Shown piece after piece: positions 1 to 11,562 of a stretch of DNA of 64,000 bases. Below the pieces are notes generated by a model that did no database searches, was not told where the DNA came from, and saw only the letters and a program-made list of their open reading frames with translations. The first letter of the stretch is position 1; every line of letters begins with the position of its first letter. The DNA comes from Macrostomum lignano (lineage: Eukaryota). The translations under genes and the position numbers were made by a program. The DNA lies in the NCBI GenBank assembly GCA_002269645.1, contig NIVC01000694.1, positions 62,001-126,000 on the forward strand, in the 5' to 3' direction.

Positions 1-213
1 TACTTGCTAATTTGCCAATTTTTTCTCTTTTTAAATACTGATATCTGCTTTTCTGTTTAGTTTAGCTACAAGTTGCGCAGCCATTGGAGCTAAGGCCGCC
101 CACGCATTGCCTGGATGTAGTGCTCCTCACTAACCCCGTGCATAAAACTCCACATGGCCATGACAATCCAACTGCACTGTTAGTTCCACAAAAAAATTCT
201 ATGCCGCATACAT

Positions 214-367
214 GCGCAACCTGGGGAATCACTCGGCCGTTTCTATTGGCAACACACATGTAAGTCGCTATTGGCTGAGAATAGTCACGTGACTACTATT
301 CCATCCAATAGCAACTTACATGTGTGTGTTGCCAATAGAAATGGCCGGGTGAATCCCTAGGTTGCGC
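214..367. repeat. ~154-bp imperfect palindrome (foldback/MITE-like)
   Basis: Left arm GCGCAACCTGGGGAATCACTCGGCCGTTTCTATTGGCAACACACATGTAAGTCGCTATTGG is near-identical to the reverse complement of 305-367; centre AGTCACGTGACT at 283-294. Confidence 0.85.
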
Positions 368-2404
368 CCAGGCATGCTATGCCTGGTAAACACTTAACAC
401 TACACTGCTGGTTATTATACTCATATTTCGACCTCCAAATTAAGCCAAGCCTTTACAGTATTTAAATTTACTTTTCTGATTTACTTTTGATTTACTTCAT
501 AGATACAAGTACCATGTCATACAAAATATTTACTCAATTTTGCCCTTGCAGTTGCATATTATGAGCTGTGCATCTTTGTGCCTGGTTTATTTTTCCATTT
601 CTGAAACATCAAACATTGCAAAAAACCAATTCAAAAACAAAGAACATTTTCTATTTTCTACATCAGTATGTATAAATAATGTATCTATACATTGCTCTTT
701 TAATGTTTCAATGCACTGTATATATATTATAAATTACATCTTACATTCTTTGCAAGTCAAAACAGTTGAAAGTTCACATTTCAGATCTGTGAAACAAAAT
801 AAAATTCATTTGAAATGAAAAAAAGTCTTGTCTTTTTTATTTACTAAGGTGAAAGAGAAGTTATTAACTTTGAGTTATTTATAAGAAAGACATCACCAGC
901 AAAAATTAAGGTAGTGCCAATGAGTCTTGAAGTGCTAGTGTCAGCCAGCAAGCAGTTAAAGAACTGCAGTTGCTCATCTTGAATGCAGTGCACAGTAGAA
1001 TAGCCTCAAAGCTTGATGTTGTCTGGTTACTAGAGCACAGCAATCTTCTGTATGTTGACAACCAAACCAATTGCCAGCACAAAACCAACCAGCCTGCCTA
1101 GCTTTTTGGGTGGCAGGCTAGGTCACTGAGTTGTGACAAGTGAGCAGGACATGGAATGCCATAATGCAATCATTAGGTTGATCAAACATGAAGCATTCGC
1201 CAATACACAGCTAGTAGATAAGCTCAGAATGTAGGCTGAAAATCAGGCAGTGGCAATTGAAGCTTGTTGCTGGCAGCTGAAACAAAATATGTTGAAATAT
1301 AAAGAATTTAATTGTTCAGGGTTAATGCAAAAATAAATATTATCAAAGGTTGTCAATTGTATTTTAATATATAAGTCAACATAAAAAAAAGCTAATACAT
1401 AAGCAAAAGGTACAAAAATTCAATTAGAAGTTTTACTACTATATGATGTAAATTTTTAGCTAAAAAAGTAATTTAAACTTAAAATAGTACACATATAAAA
1501 CTATTTTAACAAATTCCTTTTTCTTAAACTATTATTTAACATTTACCTTTTCTAACGACTAATCTATTTATTTTGTTAATTATTAATGCAAATATATTTC
1601 TTATTAACACATTTTAACCTATAAAACTTGCAATTTAATAATAATAATAATAATAATAATATTAAAAGTTAAATACTAAAAAAATCTAGAATATTTCTTA
1701 TAGATAGGCCTACTTAGTAAAAATGGTTAGAGCTTGTTTTTGTGCCTAGGTCTATATGACTATATTCTTGGTCCTATATATGCAGGTCTAGCTTAAAAAA
1801 CTGATAGCTTTCTAAAGACTTGAGGCCTAGGTAAAACAAGAAAAATGAAAATGGTGGGGGCATATTGTAAATATTGTCCTTATATATTTAACTACATAGA
1901 CAGGTCTATTAGTATAGTTACTACATTGAAATGGAATTATACCTACAATAATGGCTTAATAGTACCGTAATGCAGCATTTTTATTGCAAATATACTTGAT
2001 TTTAAAAAGGAAAAATACAAAGTTCGGCTAATGCCACTTGTGAGTATTTTGCAACTTGGGGCTTATGAAATAAAAAGAAAATAATATGAAGATGAAACTT
2101 TCAAGACACAACTACATTAAAATATAATAGAGTAACATGTTGTGCGTGCTAAATAAAAAGAATGGTTATCTTAGCTGCCTTAGATCAAATGCAATCATTG
2201 ATTTTGTGATGAAAAAATGATTTGCTCCTATCTCCGCAGTGTATTTTTTCCAGGAAATCGTCCTCCTAAAAATTTACACGATCTTTGAGTTTTACGTCCT
2301 GCTAGTCTAGAAGTCCTTGCACTGTAAACTCAGGCAGGCCAATACTAGTACATGCAACCTGACAACTGGCAATCCGAAATTGTAACGACTGTCACTTGAT
2401 TAAG

Positions 2405-2944
2405 CTGAGGATCTGGGAGGCTTGTCAAACCTGAGGATCTGGGAGGCTTGTCAAACCTGAGGATCTGGGAGGCTTGTCAAACCTGAGGATCTGGGAGGCT
2501 TGTCAAACCTGAGGATCTGGGAGGCTTGTCAAACCTGAGGATCTGGAAGGCTTGTCAAACCTGAGGATCTGGGAGGCTTGTCAAACCTGAGGATCTGGGA
2601 GGCTTGTCAAACCTGAGGATCTGGGAGGCTTGTCAAACCTGAGGATCTGGGAGGCTTGTCAAACCTGAGGATCTGGGAGGCTTGTCAAACCTGAGGATCT
2701 GGGAGGCTTGTCAAACCTGAGGATCTGGGAGGCTTGTCAAACCTGAGGATCTGGGAGGCTTGTCAAGCCTGAGGATCTGGGAGGCTTGTCAAACCTGAGG
2801 ATCTGGGAGGCTTGTCAAGCCTGAGGATCTGGGAGGCTTGTCAAACGTGAGGATCTGGGAGGCTTGTCAAACCTGAGGATCTGGGAGGCTGGTCAAACCT
2901 GAGGATCTGGGAGGCTTGTCAAACCTGAGGATCTGGGAGGCTTG
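2405..2944. repeat. 26-bp minisatellite, left half (~21 units)
   Basis: Unit CTGAGGATCTGGGAGGCTTGTCAAAC read directly. Confidence 0.98.
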
Positions 2945-3043
2945 ACTTACTTGACTTAGCTGCAGGGTGGTCCGTAGACACAGCGGGGAGGCGAGGGTCG
3001 CCCATTCCGCTAGCCCCTGAAGGCCCGCAGAGGCGTGGGGCCG

Positions 3044-6000
3044 TCAGGGTGGTCCGCCGGTCCGTCCTGCAGCGTGATCTTCCGTTGGGAAGAAACTGGC
3101 TCGTCTAGTCGCCCGAAGGAACTGGATGAGCCGTGAGATGCTGTCGGGCTGGCAGACCTCGTCGATGGACGGGTTCGGCCCGAGGTAGCGTAGCCGGTCT
3201 CTGTTAAAGAAAGGGCAGTGACAAACAAAGTGCTGAGCATCTTCATTGTCGTGCTCGCAAAAGGGGCAAAGTTCGCACTCGAGGTCACCTCGGAGGAAGC
3301 AGTGCCTGGCGAGGTGAGCCATGGCCGGTGATGGTCATGACAAGGGCTCGAATATCCTTCCGATTCTGGTTCAGAAGGACGTTTCTGAGCCTGCGAGACG
3401 GGCAAGGAACCGCGGCACGAGATTGCCAGCAGTTTTTGGTGCCCGCCCATCTGTCCCTGTGGAGGGAGTCAGCCCAGTCATCGATCTGACGATTGATGAC
3501 TGTCAAGGGCATAGGGACCAGGGGGCAGGGCCGAAGAAAGAGCCAGAGCCGCCCCTCTTGGCGAGGGTGTCTGCCAGCTCGTTCCCCGAAAACCCTGCGT
3601 GCCCTGGGATCCACTTCAGCCTGACAGTATTGCTACTGGCCAGGAGGTTGAGCTGCCGGGCGCAGTCGGCGACTGTCCGGGAGTTCGTTGTGGTGTGGCA
3701 AAGGGCCTGTAAGGCCGCTTGGCTGTCGGAGTGGATGACAATAGTCTTTCCTCTCGTACCCTTGGCGTTCAGCTCTGCAGTGCAAGAGCTGATGGCAAGG
3801 ACTTTGTTCTGGAAGACTGTGGAGAGTCTACCAGTGTGCTGGGCATGCGTGGCAATTACGCGGCCGTTGATGATGATGCAGACCCCAAAGCCGGCGCGAC
3901 CGTCTTTGATGGATCCGTCCGTGTAGCAATGGACCTCCTGGAAATTCCAGTGGTCATTGGCAGCATCCCTAGAGGGGATGGTGACCTTGTAGCGCTGAAA
4001 GAGGTTGAGAGTGCGGGGTTCGCCGTCAGATAGGACGTGGAGCCCGCCGCTGTCTCTCAAGTCCTTGAGGCAGAGGTCAGCGTGGGGCAGAAGCTTGCGC
4101 TTAGCCATGGCCCTATGGGGCTGGATTCGAATGCCAGCGTCAGCTAGACGGCGGGCAGTCTTAGCCGCTTCCCTGCGTACAAAGATGCCCAGCGGAGGAA
4201 TGTTGAGGAAGGCGTTGAGGCCATCGAAAGGAGCAGGCGGAGGGGCGCTCATGATCATGCGACATGCGCGCCCTTGCGCTCTCCTGAGAGTCGTTAGACA
4301 GGTCTTTATCTGCAGGGCGCTAGCCCAGATCAGGCCGCCATACGAGATAGCGGGCGTAACCATTGCAGTGTAGATCCACCAGAGGCGCTTGGGGGTGAGC
4401 CCCCAGGTGGTGCCGACAGCCCTGCGCAATTGCGCGAGGACTGCGAAGGCCTTTTTGGCTTTTGCTTGAACGTGGGGTGACCAGTTCAGCCTGTGGTCCA
4501 GGGTAATACCTAGACATTTAGTCTGCTTGCAGACGGGGATTTCCCTTCCGTAAAGCGTGAGCGGCTGAATCTGCCACTCGGTCCTGCTAGTGAACATGAT
4601 CGCTGCGGTCTTAGTCTCAGAGAGCCTTAAACCACAGTGATCCGCCCATTGCTCAGCGGCGTAGATGAAGTTCTGAAGAAGGTCCCTGAGGGTATCAGGG
4701 GACGGACCAGATGCCACCGCGGTGACATCGTCCGCATATCCAACTTTCAGAATGGGGTCAGGCCGAACATCCCGGAGGAGCTCATCGATGACCATATTCC
4801 AGAGAACTGGAGACAGCACCCCACCTTGCAGGCTACCTTTGCAGATGGGGACCGTCCTCTGGTAGCCCAGCAGACTGGCGGTGGCCGTGCGATGGCTGAT
4901 CATGTACATGATCCATCTGGTGAGATGTGAGTGCGTTTGCCTCTCACAAAGAGCTCTTCGGAACGCCTCGAAGAGGACGTTATCGAAGGCGCCAATGATG
5001 TCCAGGAAGATCCCCAGAGCAAAGCCGTTACCAAGCACGGCCTTCTCGAGTTTATCGACCAGGACGTGCAGCGCGCTTTCAGTGGAGCGACCCGCCCGAA
5101 AAGCGTGCTGGTTCTCGCTGAGAGGTTTGTTCTTCAGCTCAACAGAGAGAAGGCGCCAAAGCACCGGTCTCTCCATCAGCTTGACCAGGGAGAAGGTCAA
5201 GCTGATCGGTCTGAAGGATTTGATAGAATGGTAGTCCAGGCGGCCTGGCTTAGGGATAAAAATCACCTTTGCCTCGGTCCATGCCTGTGGGACATAACCA
5301 AGCGTAATGCATGCCCGAAGAAGGCTGCAAAGTTTGCGTAGGAAGCCTGGGCATTTAACTGCCTCTCTTAGGAGGGCCGGTACAATGCCGTCGGGTCCTG
5401 GGGCTTTGAAAGGCTTGAAGGAATTAGCCGCTCTCACGATGCGGTCCTCCGTGATGATAGAGGCAGCCAGCGCGTGACCTCCCTCCGAGTGATCCGGAGT
5501 GGTAGGGTTAGCTGGCTCGTTGGGGAAAAACGCAGTGAGCATTACAGCAAGCGTTTCCCCTGGGTTGTCCGTGGACGTACCGTCGGTGCGTTTGACCGAG
5601 GAGAGCTTAGACATTTTGTCCAGCGTGAGCGCTTTCACAACTCTGGAGGTGGGGCGTGAGCCCTCTAGCTCCTCACAGTATTGTCGCCATTTTTGAGCCT
5701 TTGCATTCCTAACCTGCCTTTTAAACTCATGAATTGCTTCATGATAGGCTGTTTGGTCCGCTGGGCTCTTAGTTTTAGTTGCTCTGCGGTGGAGTCTCTT
5801 AGCCCTGCGACGGAGGTTGCCGAGCTCGGGATTCCACCACGGCGCGGACTTTTTCCCTTTATAGGCTTTTAAAGGGCAGGACGCCTCAAAGGCGGCGGTT
5901 AGCGTCTTTGTCAAAACAGTCGCGCACTCATCCGCCTCTCGGCACGACGTGATCGTGGATGGTTGGCCAGAAGACCGATGGAATTCCTTCAGGGCGAGCC

Positions 6001-6750
6001 CGAAAGTTTCCCAATCAGTATTTCTGGCGTCCCGTTTCCACGTAACACGAGTAGCGCTACGCGCGGCCATCAGGTTGAAGGAGATGAACTTGTGATCCGA
6101 GAGTGAGAACACTGGAAGCACCCCCCATGCCCCAATACTCTGGTAGAGTCTGGGCGTTGCGAGCGTAGCGTCGATCACCTCCGACCACCGTGCGTTGTCA
6201 AAGGTAGGGGTGGACCCAGAGTTGCAGAACTCGAGGGTCGTAGAGGCAACGTAGGCTAGGAGGTCTTCGCCTCTCTGATTAGTGCCAGTGCTGCCACAGT
6301 GAGTGTGGTGGGCGTTGACGTCGCCGGCAACAATGAGCTCGTAGTTTTTGGCAGAGCAGAGCTCTACCAGCGTAGCGAGGGCTCTGGGGACGACCGCAGC
6401 ATTACCTGGTAAATAAACCGAGGCAATGAGGGTGGTCTTCCCAGGAAGGAGGTCCTCGGATTGGATGACGCAGATGTCCCTTTTCGACAGGTCCTATCTG
6501 AGCCACGCACTGAGCGTTTTGCTCGCAAAGATGCAAGCTCTGGGAGGCTGGTTGGTCTCGCGAGGGTAAGTATTAAAACAATTGTAGCCGGCAGGGATGT
6601 TTTGAGGCTTGCATGATTGAGAGTCCAGGGTTCCTGGACGAGGATGAGCCCCGGCTTGTCGAGCTCGGCGTAACGCATAAGGTTGACCGAGGCTGCGACG
6701 CAGTGTTGCAGATTAATCTGCAAGCAATGGATTCCCTGATTGCTGATCAT
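3044..6750 (-). pseudogene. LINE ORF2: AP endonuclease, reverse transcriptase, RNase H, C-terminal CCHC finger; disrupted
   Basis: APE motifs LQINLQH, QEPW, SVYLPG, GDVNAHH, SDH; RT motifs QHAFRAGRST, LDIIGAFD, QGGVLSP, GYADD, CLGITLD; RNase H YTDGS, SDSQAAL, WIPGHAGFSGNELAD; CPFC..HFVCHC. Frameshifts near 6610, 3560 and 3320, TAG at 6494-6496, and the usual RNase H FQAE reads FQNK. Confidence 0.93.
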
Positions 6751-6752
6751 AA

Positions 6753-8196
6753 TCACGCAGTTGGGGAATCGTTGAGCAGGTCAACGTCCTCCTTTTCAGT
6801 GGTGGGTGACCCGCAGACCTCCATGGGAGTTTCAGCGTCCTCGGCAGTTATGGTGGCTGTGGAGTCCTCCGCGGTCGTGAGCCCAGCGTGGACGTTACCG
6901 TCGCCTCCCCTGCGTGCTTCGGTGCTGTCACTGCCCGTCCCCTCTGCCTCGTCGGTCAGGTCGATGCAGGTGGCGCCAGCCTCCTGGTGAATCACAGACT
7001 CGAACCAGTCGGTCGGCGCCTCCCCGCTTACAGCCTGGCCTTCTGGCTGTTGGGGTGGAGCGTGAGAAGCGCGGGCCCGCTCACGATACGCCCGAAGATA
7101 CGCCCGGACCTCCGGGTGCTCCTGGCGGGTCTGCGATTGCGATTTCCGGTTTCAGCAGCGCGAACTGCCTTACCGGGCATAGGATCGGCCGTTTGCCTCG
7201 GCTTCTTTGCCGGAGGAGCCTGGGCCCCAGTTCCGGTTTCGGAAGCCTTGGCATTCTTGGCTTCATCAGCTTTCCGCTCCTCGCAACGGAGGATGGTCAG
7301 CTGAGTCAGACCAATATGGATTGTGGACTTAGGCGGCAAGCGCTTAGCCCAGTCATCAGAGAGCCCTAGGATCACCGTAGCCCCCTTCTCCTTGCGGGAA
7401 GTGGCGTGGTGTAGGAGAGCCCGTTGACCTCAAGGTCTGGGTGCAGCTTTAGCAATATTTGCCTAAGCTGATCTCCGAACTTAATGGCATTACCGGCCGG
7501 GATCCAGACGCGAAAGCGCTGGGTCTTTTGTCGCTCGCCCTCGCTGGCGAAGACGAGCTTGCCGAGCTTCTTGGGCCAGTTCAGCTTTGGCAGAAGCTCG
7601 CGTAGACTGCGGCTGCTCTCCTCCGAGCTGCACCAGATGAAGATGCAGCCGTCGGTCTTGGCAGACTTGACCACGCTCACAGGGCGGCCCGCCAGGAGCT
7701 CGTCGATGAGCGCAGCATCGATGGTGCGCCAGGCACTGTCGAGCTCCTCGGCCGTGAGGTCTTGCTCTTCCCCGAAGACGATGACCGCCGGTTGGAGCTT
7801 GACCTTTGAGGCGTAGTTAGTGGCGGCGGTTCCCGAAGGCCCAGCCGCGCTTGTAGCAGGTTTACTGGGTGGCTCACCAGCGGGGGTTGTATCCTGGGGG
7901 GCAGGGGTTGCTGTGGCTCCTTTCGGCCCAACAGCAGCCTCGCCCTCCCTAGGTTCCCCCTCCGCCGGTGGCCGGCCCGCAGTATCCCGCAGTCGCCGTC
8001 GTCGCCGCTCGTTGCGGCGTTGGTTGCGGGCGCGTCGGGCTTCAGTGGAGGGCCCGGTTGCGCGTGCGGGCATGTCACTGGCCGAGCCGGCGGCAAGCCC
8101 ATCTGCCCCCGGTGGGGCGGCGCTGGTGCCAGAGTCACCGGCCGGAGTTGCCGGGGCCCCGGTTTCAGCGGGGTTGAAAGAGGCGGATGACGCCAT
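6753..8196 (-). pseudogene. LINE ORF1 (gag-like; central domain resembles DUF4780 of LOA/R1 ORF1s), frameshifted
   Basis: ORFs 7372-8196, 7028-7375 and 6753-6995 are consecutive frames: Ala/Pro/Arg-rich N-terminus, a globular VIVFG..FRVWIP..ILGLSDDW segment, and a stop next to the ORF2 ATG. Confidence 0.7.
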
Positions 8197-8665
8197 AGCT
8201 GAAAGCGGGAAGGAGTGAGCTGAGTCACAAAAGAAAGAGGAAAGAAGAAAAAGAAAAGGACCGCTAGCGACCGGACAACCCCCCGGCCTTCCAGCCCATC
8301 GGCACGGTCAAAAACCTTAGGCATTAGAGGGTACGTTAAGCAGTACCACGGCCTGCAGGCTGGCGAGCCAGACCCGCATACCCAAGTTCGGCCGAAGCCA
8401 CTGGATGGGTCGCCAGCGTCGGAGCCCAGTCTGTCCAGCAGCCCTAGGGTCTGCCTTGAACACACGCGGGGACGAGTACCCTGGGTCGACTTGCGAGACA
8501 GCGTGGAGGGGGGGTCTGCGGCTGCCAGCGGTAAATAGCGGGGGCATACCTCCCTCCAGCCTTGACCTGCTGAAGATAGGGGCAGGCGTGAAGCATCGCA
8601 GACCGTAGCCCATAGGCCTGGTCTGTCTCATACTTCACTGGCGTGCTGAATACGCCTTCGCGTGC

Positions 8666-9196
8666 TCTGGGAGGCTTGTCAAACCTGAGGATCTGGGAGG
8701 CTTGTCAAACCTGAGGATCTGGGAGGCTTGTCAAACCTGAGGATCTGGGAGGCTTGTCAAACCTGAGGATCTGGGAGGCTTGTCAAACCTGAGGATCTGG
8801 GAGGCTTGTCAAACCTGAGGATCTGGGAGGCTTGTCAAACCTGAGGATCTGGGAGGCTTGTCAAACCTGAGGATCTGGGAGGCTTGTCAAACCTGAGGAT
8901 CTGGGAGGCTTGTCAAACCTGAGGATCTGGGAGGCTTGTCAAACCTGAGGATCTGGGAGGCTTGTCAAACCTGAGGATCTGGGAGGCTTGTCAAACCTGA
9001 GGATCTGGGAGGCTTGTCAAACCTGAGGATCTGGGAGGCTTGTCAAACCTGAGGATCTGGGAGGCTTGTCAAACCTGAGGATCTGGGAGGCTTGTCAAAC
9101 CTGAGGATCTGGGAGGCTTGTCAAACCTGAGGATCTGGGAGGCTTGTCAAACCTGAGGATCTGGGAGGCTTGTCAAACCTGAGGATCTGGGAGGCT
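8666..9196. repeat. 26-bp minisatellite, right half (~20 units)
   Basis: Same unit as 2405-2944; essentially perfect copies. Confidence 0.98.
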
Positions 9197-9420
9197 GGTC
9201 TCAACTGCCTCGAGAGCCGCCAAGTACAGTACGTCAAGACAAACGCCAGACGCACCCTGAGTTGCCGCAGAGCATGCCAGAGCCACCGACACTAGCAGAA
9301 CGGTGAGAAGGCGCCGACAATGCATGTTCCAGCAAATCAATGATCTGGTAGGGACTAAAGTCTACAGGCGTGGAAGGCTCCACCGCTGGTCCAAAACAGA
9401 GTTTCAATCCTTTTATCAAA
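9197..9420 (-). pseudogene. Dead paralog of exon 1 of the 19237-19751 gene
   Basis: Near-identical to 19660-19885. ATG at 9275 reads MLCGNSGCVWRLS-stop because of a 1-nt deletion (AAGACAAAC vs AAGTACAAAC); the Cys-rich exon 2 is absent. Confidence 0.65.
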
Positions 9421-10559
9421 TATCAATTTTATCATTTCTGATAAAAAGAGACTCCTAAGACAAAATAGACTCCTAAAACTAAAAGGCGGAGCTGTGCAAT
9501 TTTAATGGTTTTTAGGCACAAGGCACGTGCAAATGTACGTACGTGGAGAATACCTCCAAGAAACGAGGTTTCCCGTCCTTCTACTTAAGTCGTCCTTGGT
9601 CGCAACACCTCTGGGAGCAACGCTAGTTCTCAGCGTCATCACGCCAGAACGAGCAACCTGGTACTCAGAACGTCAATGACGTCTGATTCTATGAAAGAAT
9701 GTCCAATGAAGTATTCAATTTTTTTAATGAGAGATAGCAGATAAACAACACTTATAGAAATGCTTATATATTGTACTGAACTAAATATATTACCTTCTAG
9801 TAATAAAAACATTGTATATTTTATCGATATTGTAGAACAATATTTTTACAAAATATCAGATAATGTTTTAAAAGCCAAAAAATTTCTCATGAAGCACAGG
9901 CTATACTGACAATAGTGCATAGCTCTGATAGTGGTCGAACGCCAAACAACTTTAAACATGGCGCTGTTACGCAAAACACGCCAAAAACATTTCCGACTTC
10001 TTGATGCACGCCGTGCACGCGGTATTAGACTGCCTGAGACCTTGCTGCACGCGAGAATTTTCCCCACAAAACGGCATCTTCAGGAGTATGGAGCGTCATG
10101 ACCCCTGTCAGCAGTGATATCATACTCGTATTGGCAGAGCGTCACAATTCGCCTGCAGGTAGCACCGTATTGTACTTGGGCTGGGCACCCAAACCGACCC
10201 GGGTTAGGATACTAATTAAATCATATTGCCAAACTTATGAGCGCAAGTACCTTGACGTACAAGGTAAAAGTCATGCAAATCGAGAGTATTATTATCGGAA
10301 GACGGTTAGTTATAGTTTACTTCTCTTTCACCAGGTGCGAGGCCAGCATGCGAAGAATTCACAGATAATAATTGGATGGTCGTCAGAGAATTTAAGCATA
10401 TTTTTGCACGCTATTTCTGCTATGTTGACGCAGACGAAAATGTAATATACTCAGCAACATGATGAAGTTTCCACCCTGAATCCAGTGATCAAAAAAGGCT
10501 GTTTTAACCCAACTCAAGCCGTAACTCTCCACGGCACAGACAGTATCAGGAACTCTTAC

Positions 10560-11396
10560 CCTCGCCGAAGCTTCCGGCTCCAAGTTTTCGCACCATGCTG
10601 AGAGTCTGGCGGGAGACTTCGATGGCGCACACGTGGCACCCGGGGCCCCCCCAGCACACGCGGTGGGTCGATCGGACAAGGCTCGGTCAATGGCGAGCAG
10701 AGACCACCGTCTGGGTGAGCAGAAGAACAAATGGAGTTTATACGCATCAATTGTCCTTAAAATACTTTGTTTACTTTGTACTTTGTTAGTCTCATACTGA
10801 AGTAGCTTTTTTCATTCACTTTTGTATTCATCGATCAGCTTCTGCATAGTCGGGTAGGTCTTCGACTTGTTGATGAAGAACACAGTTCCATTTGCCGAGT
10901 TCTTGATTTGGTAGTGCTCCACTAAGAAGTTGTTCTCGCATCTTGGGTCCGGAGTTCGAACGCAAAGCTCCAGCTTGGCCAAGCCAGCGTTCTGCCTGGC
11001 GCACGGCCGGATGATGTAGGTGCCAGCCTGCAGGCCGGCGCGCAGCAGCATCCGATCGGCGTCCATCCGGTTGCAATCCATCCAGCCATCCAGGTGGCAC
11101 GGCAGGCCATTGTACTTTGTGATGTAGTTGAAGGGCACCAGACCGCTCCTGTTTGTCTCAAGGTTGCGCGCCTTCCACCACTGACTACTCTGGCACTGCT
11201 CGGCGGTGAACTCCAACTCGATCATGTCGCCTCTGCAGATAGTGAGCTCGTCTGGCTGTGTAGCCACGAAGTTGTGGATCGCCATGTAGACGTTGCGGTC
11301 TGCTGGCCGGGCGGTCGACTTGTTGAGCTCAGTCTCGGCGTTTCCCGGCGAGACGCCCGTGCGCGGCTGCATGCAGACTGAGAAGACGCTGCCCAT
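10560..11396 (-). CDS. Src-family-like tyrosine kinase N-terminal half (SH4-SH3-SH2-linker-start of kinase); exons 11396-10820 and 10710-10560
   Basis: MGSVFS myristoylation pattern; SH3 (AIHNFVATQPDELTICRGD..WWKARNLETNRSGLVPFNY); SH2 (GTYIIRPC..LCVR..VEHYQI); phase-1 splice to NGGLCSPLTEPCP; after a 1-nt shift in a G7 run, IEVSRQTLSMVRKLGAGSFGE then a GTAAG donor. No later kinase exons found. Confidence 0.85.
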
Positions 11397-11562
11397 TTTG
11401 CCTGTTCTCCTCGATGCTGGCTGTTCGTGCAAAGCGTACGCAGAGGAAGCTCGCTTATGGCATTTATTTTCTGTTGTAACCAGGTGAGCCTGAACTTGGC
11501 GGACCAGTGCCAGGCAACTTGTGGAGTCGCGAGTGCTTACATCACTTACATGTGCTTACATC

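Larger units (their letters stand above)
2945..8665 (-). mobile_element. Full-length, degenerate non-LTR retrotransposon (I group, LOA/R1-like: ORF1 + APE-RT-RNaseH-CCHC ORF2)
   Basis: 13-bp TSD TCTGGGAGGCTTG at 2932-2944 and 8666-8678; 3' tail (TAAGTCAAG)2 on minus strand; domain motifs in the two ORF entries. Clade assignment rests on domain order and motif recall. Confidence 0.92.

Noticed and set aside
906-1300. Cys/His/Trp-rich minus-strand frames in AT-rich DNA
   Set aside because: Interrupted by stops, no recognisable motif or splice support.
3321-8218. Plus-strand ORFs over the LINE
   Set aside because: Antisense shadows of a GC-rich coding strand; no recognisable motifs.
9846-10500. 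Possible continuation exons of the Src kinase domain
   Set aside because: Only faint look-alikes (HPIIICEF, LKLFGV) without matching phase or VAIK/HRDL/DFG motifs.
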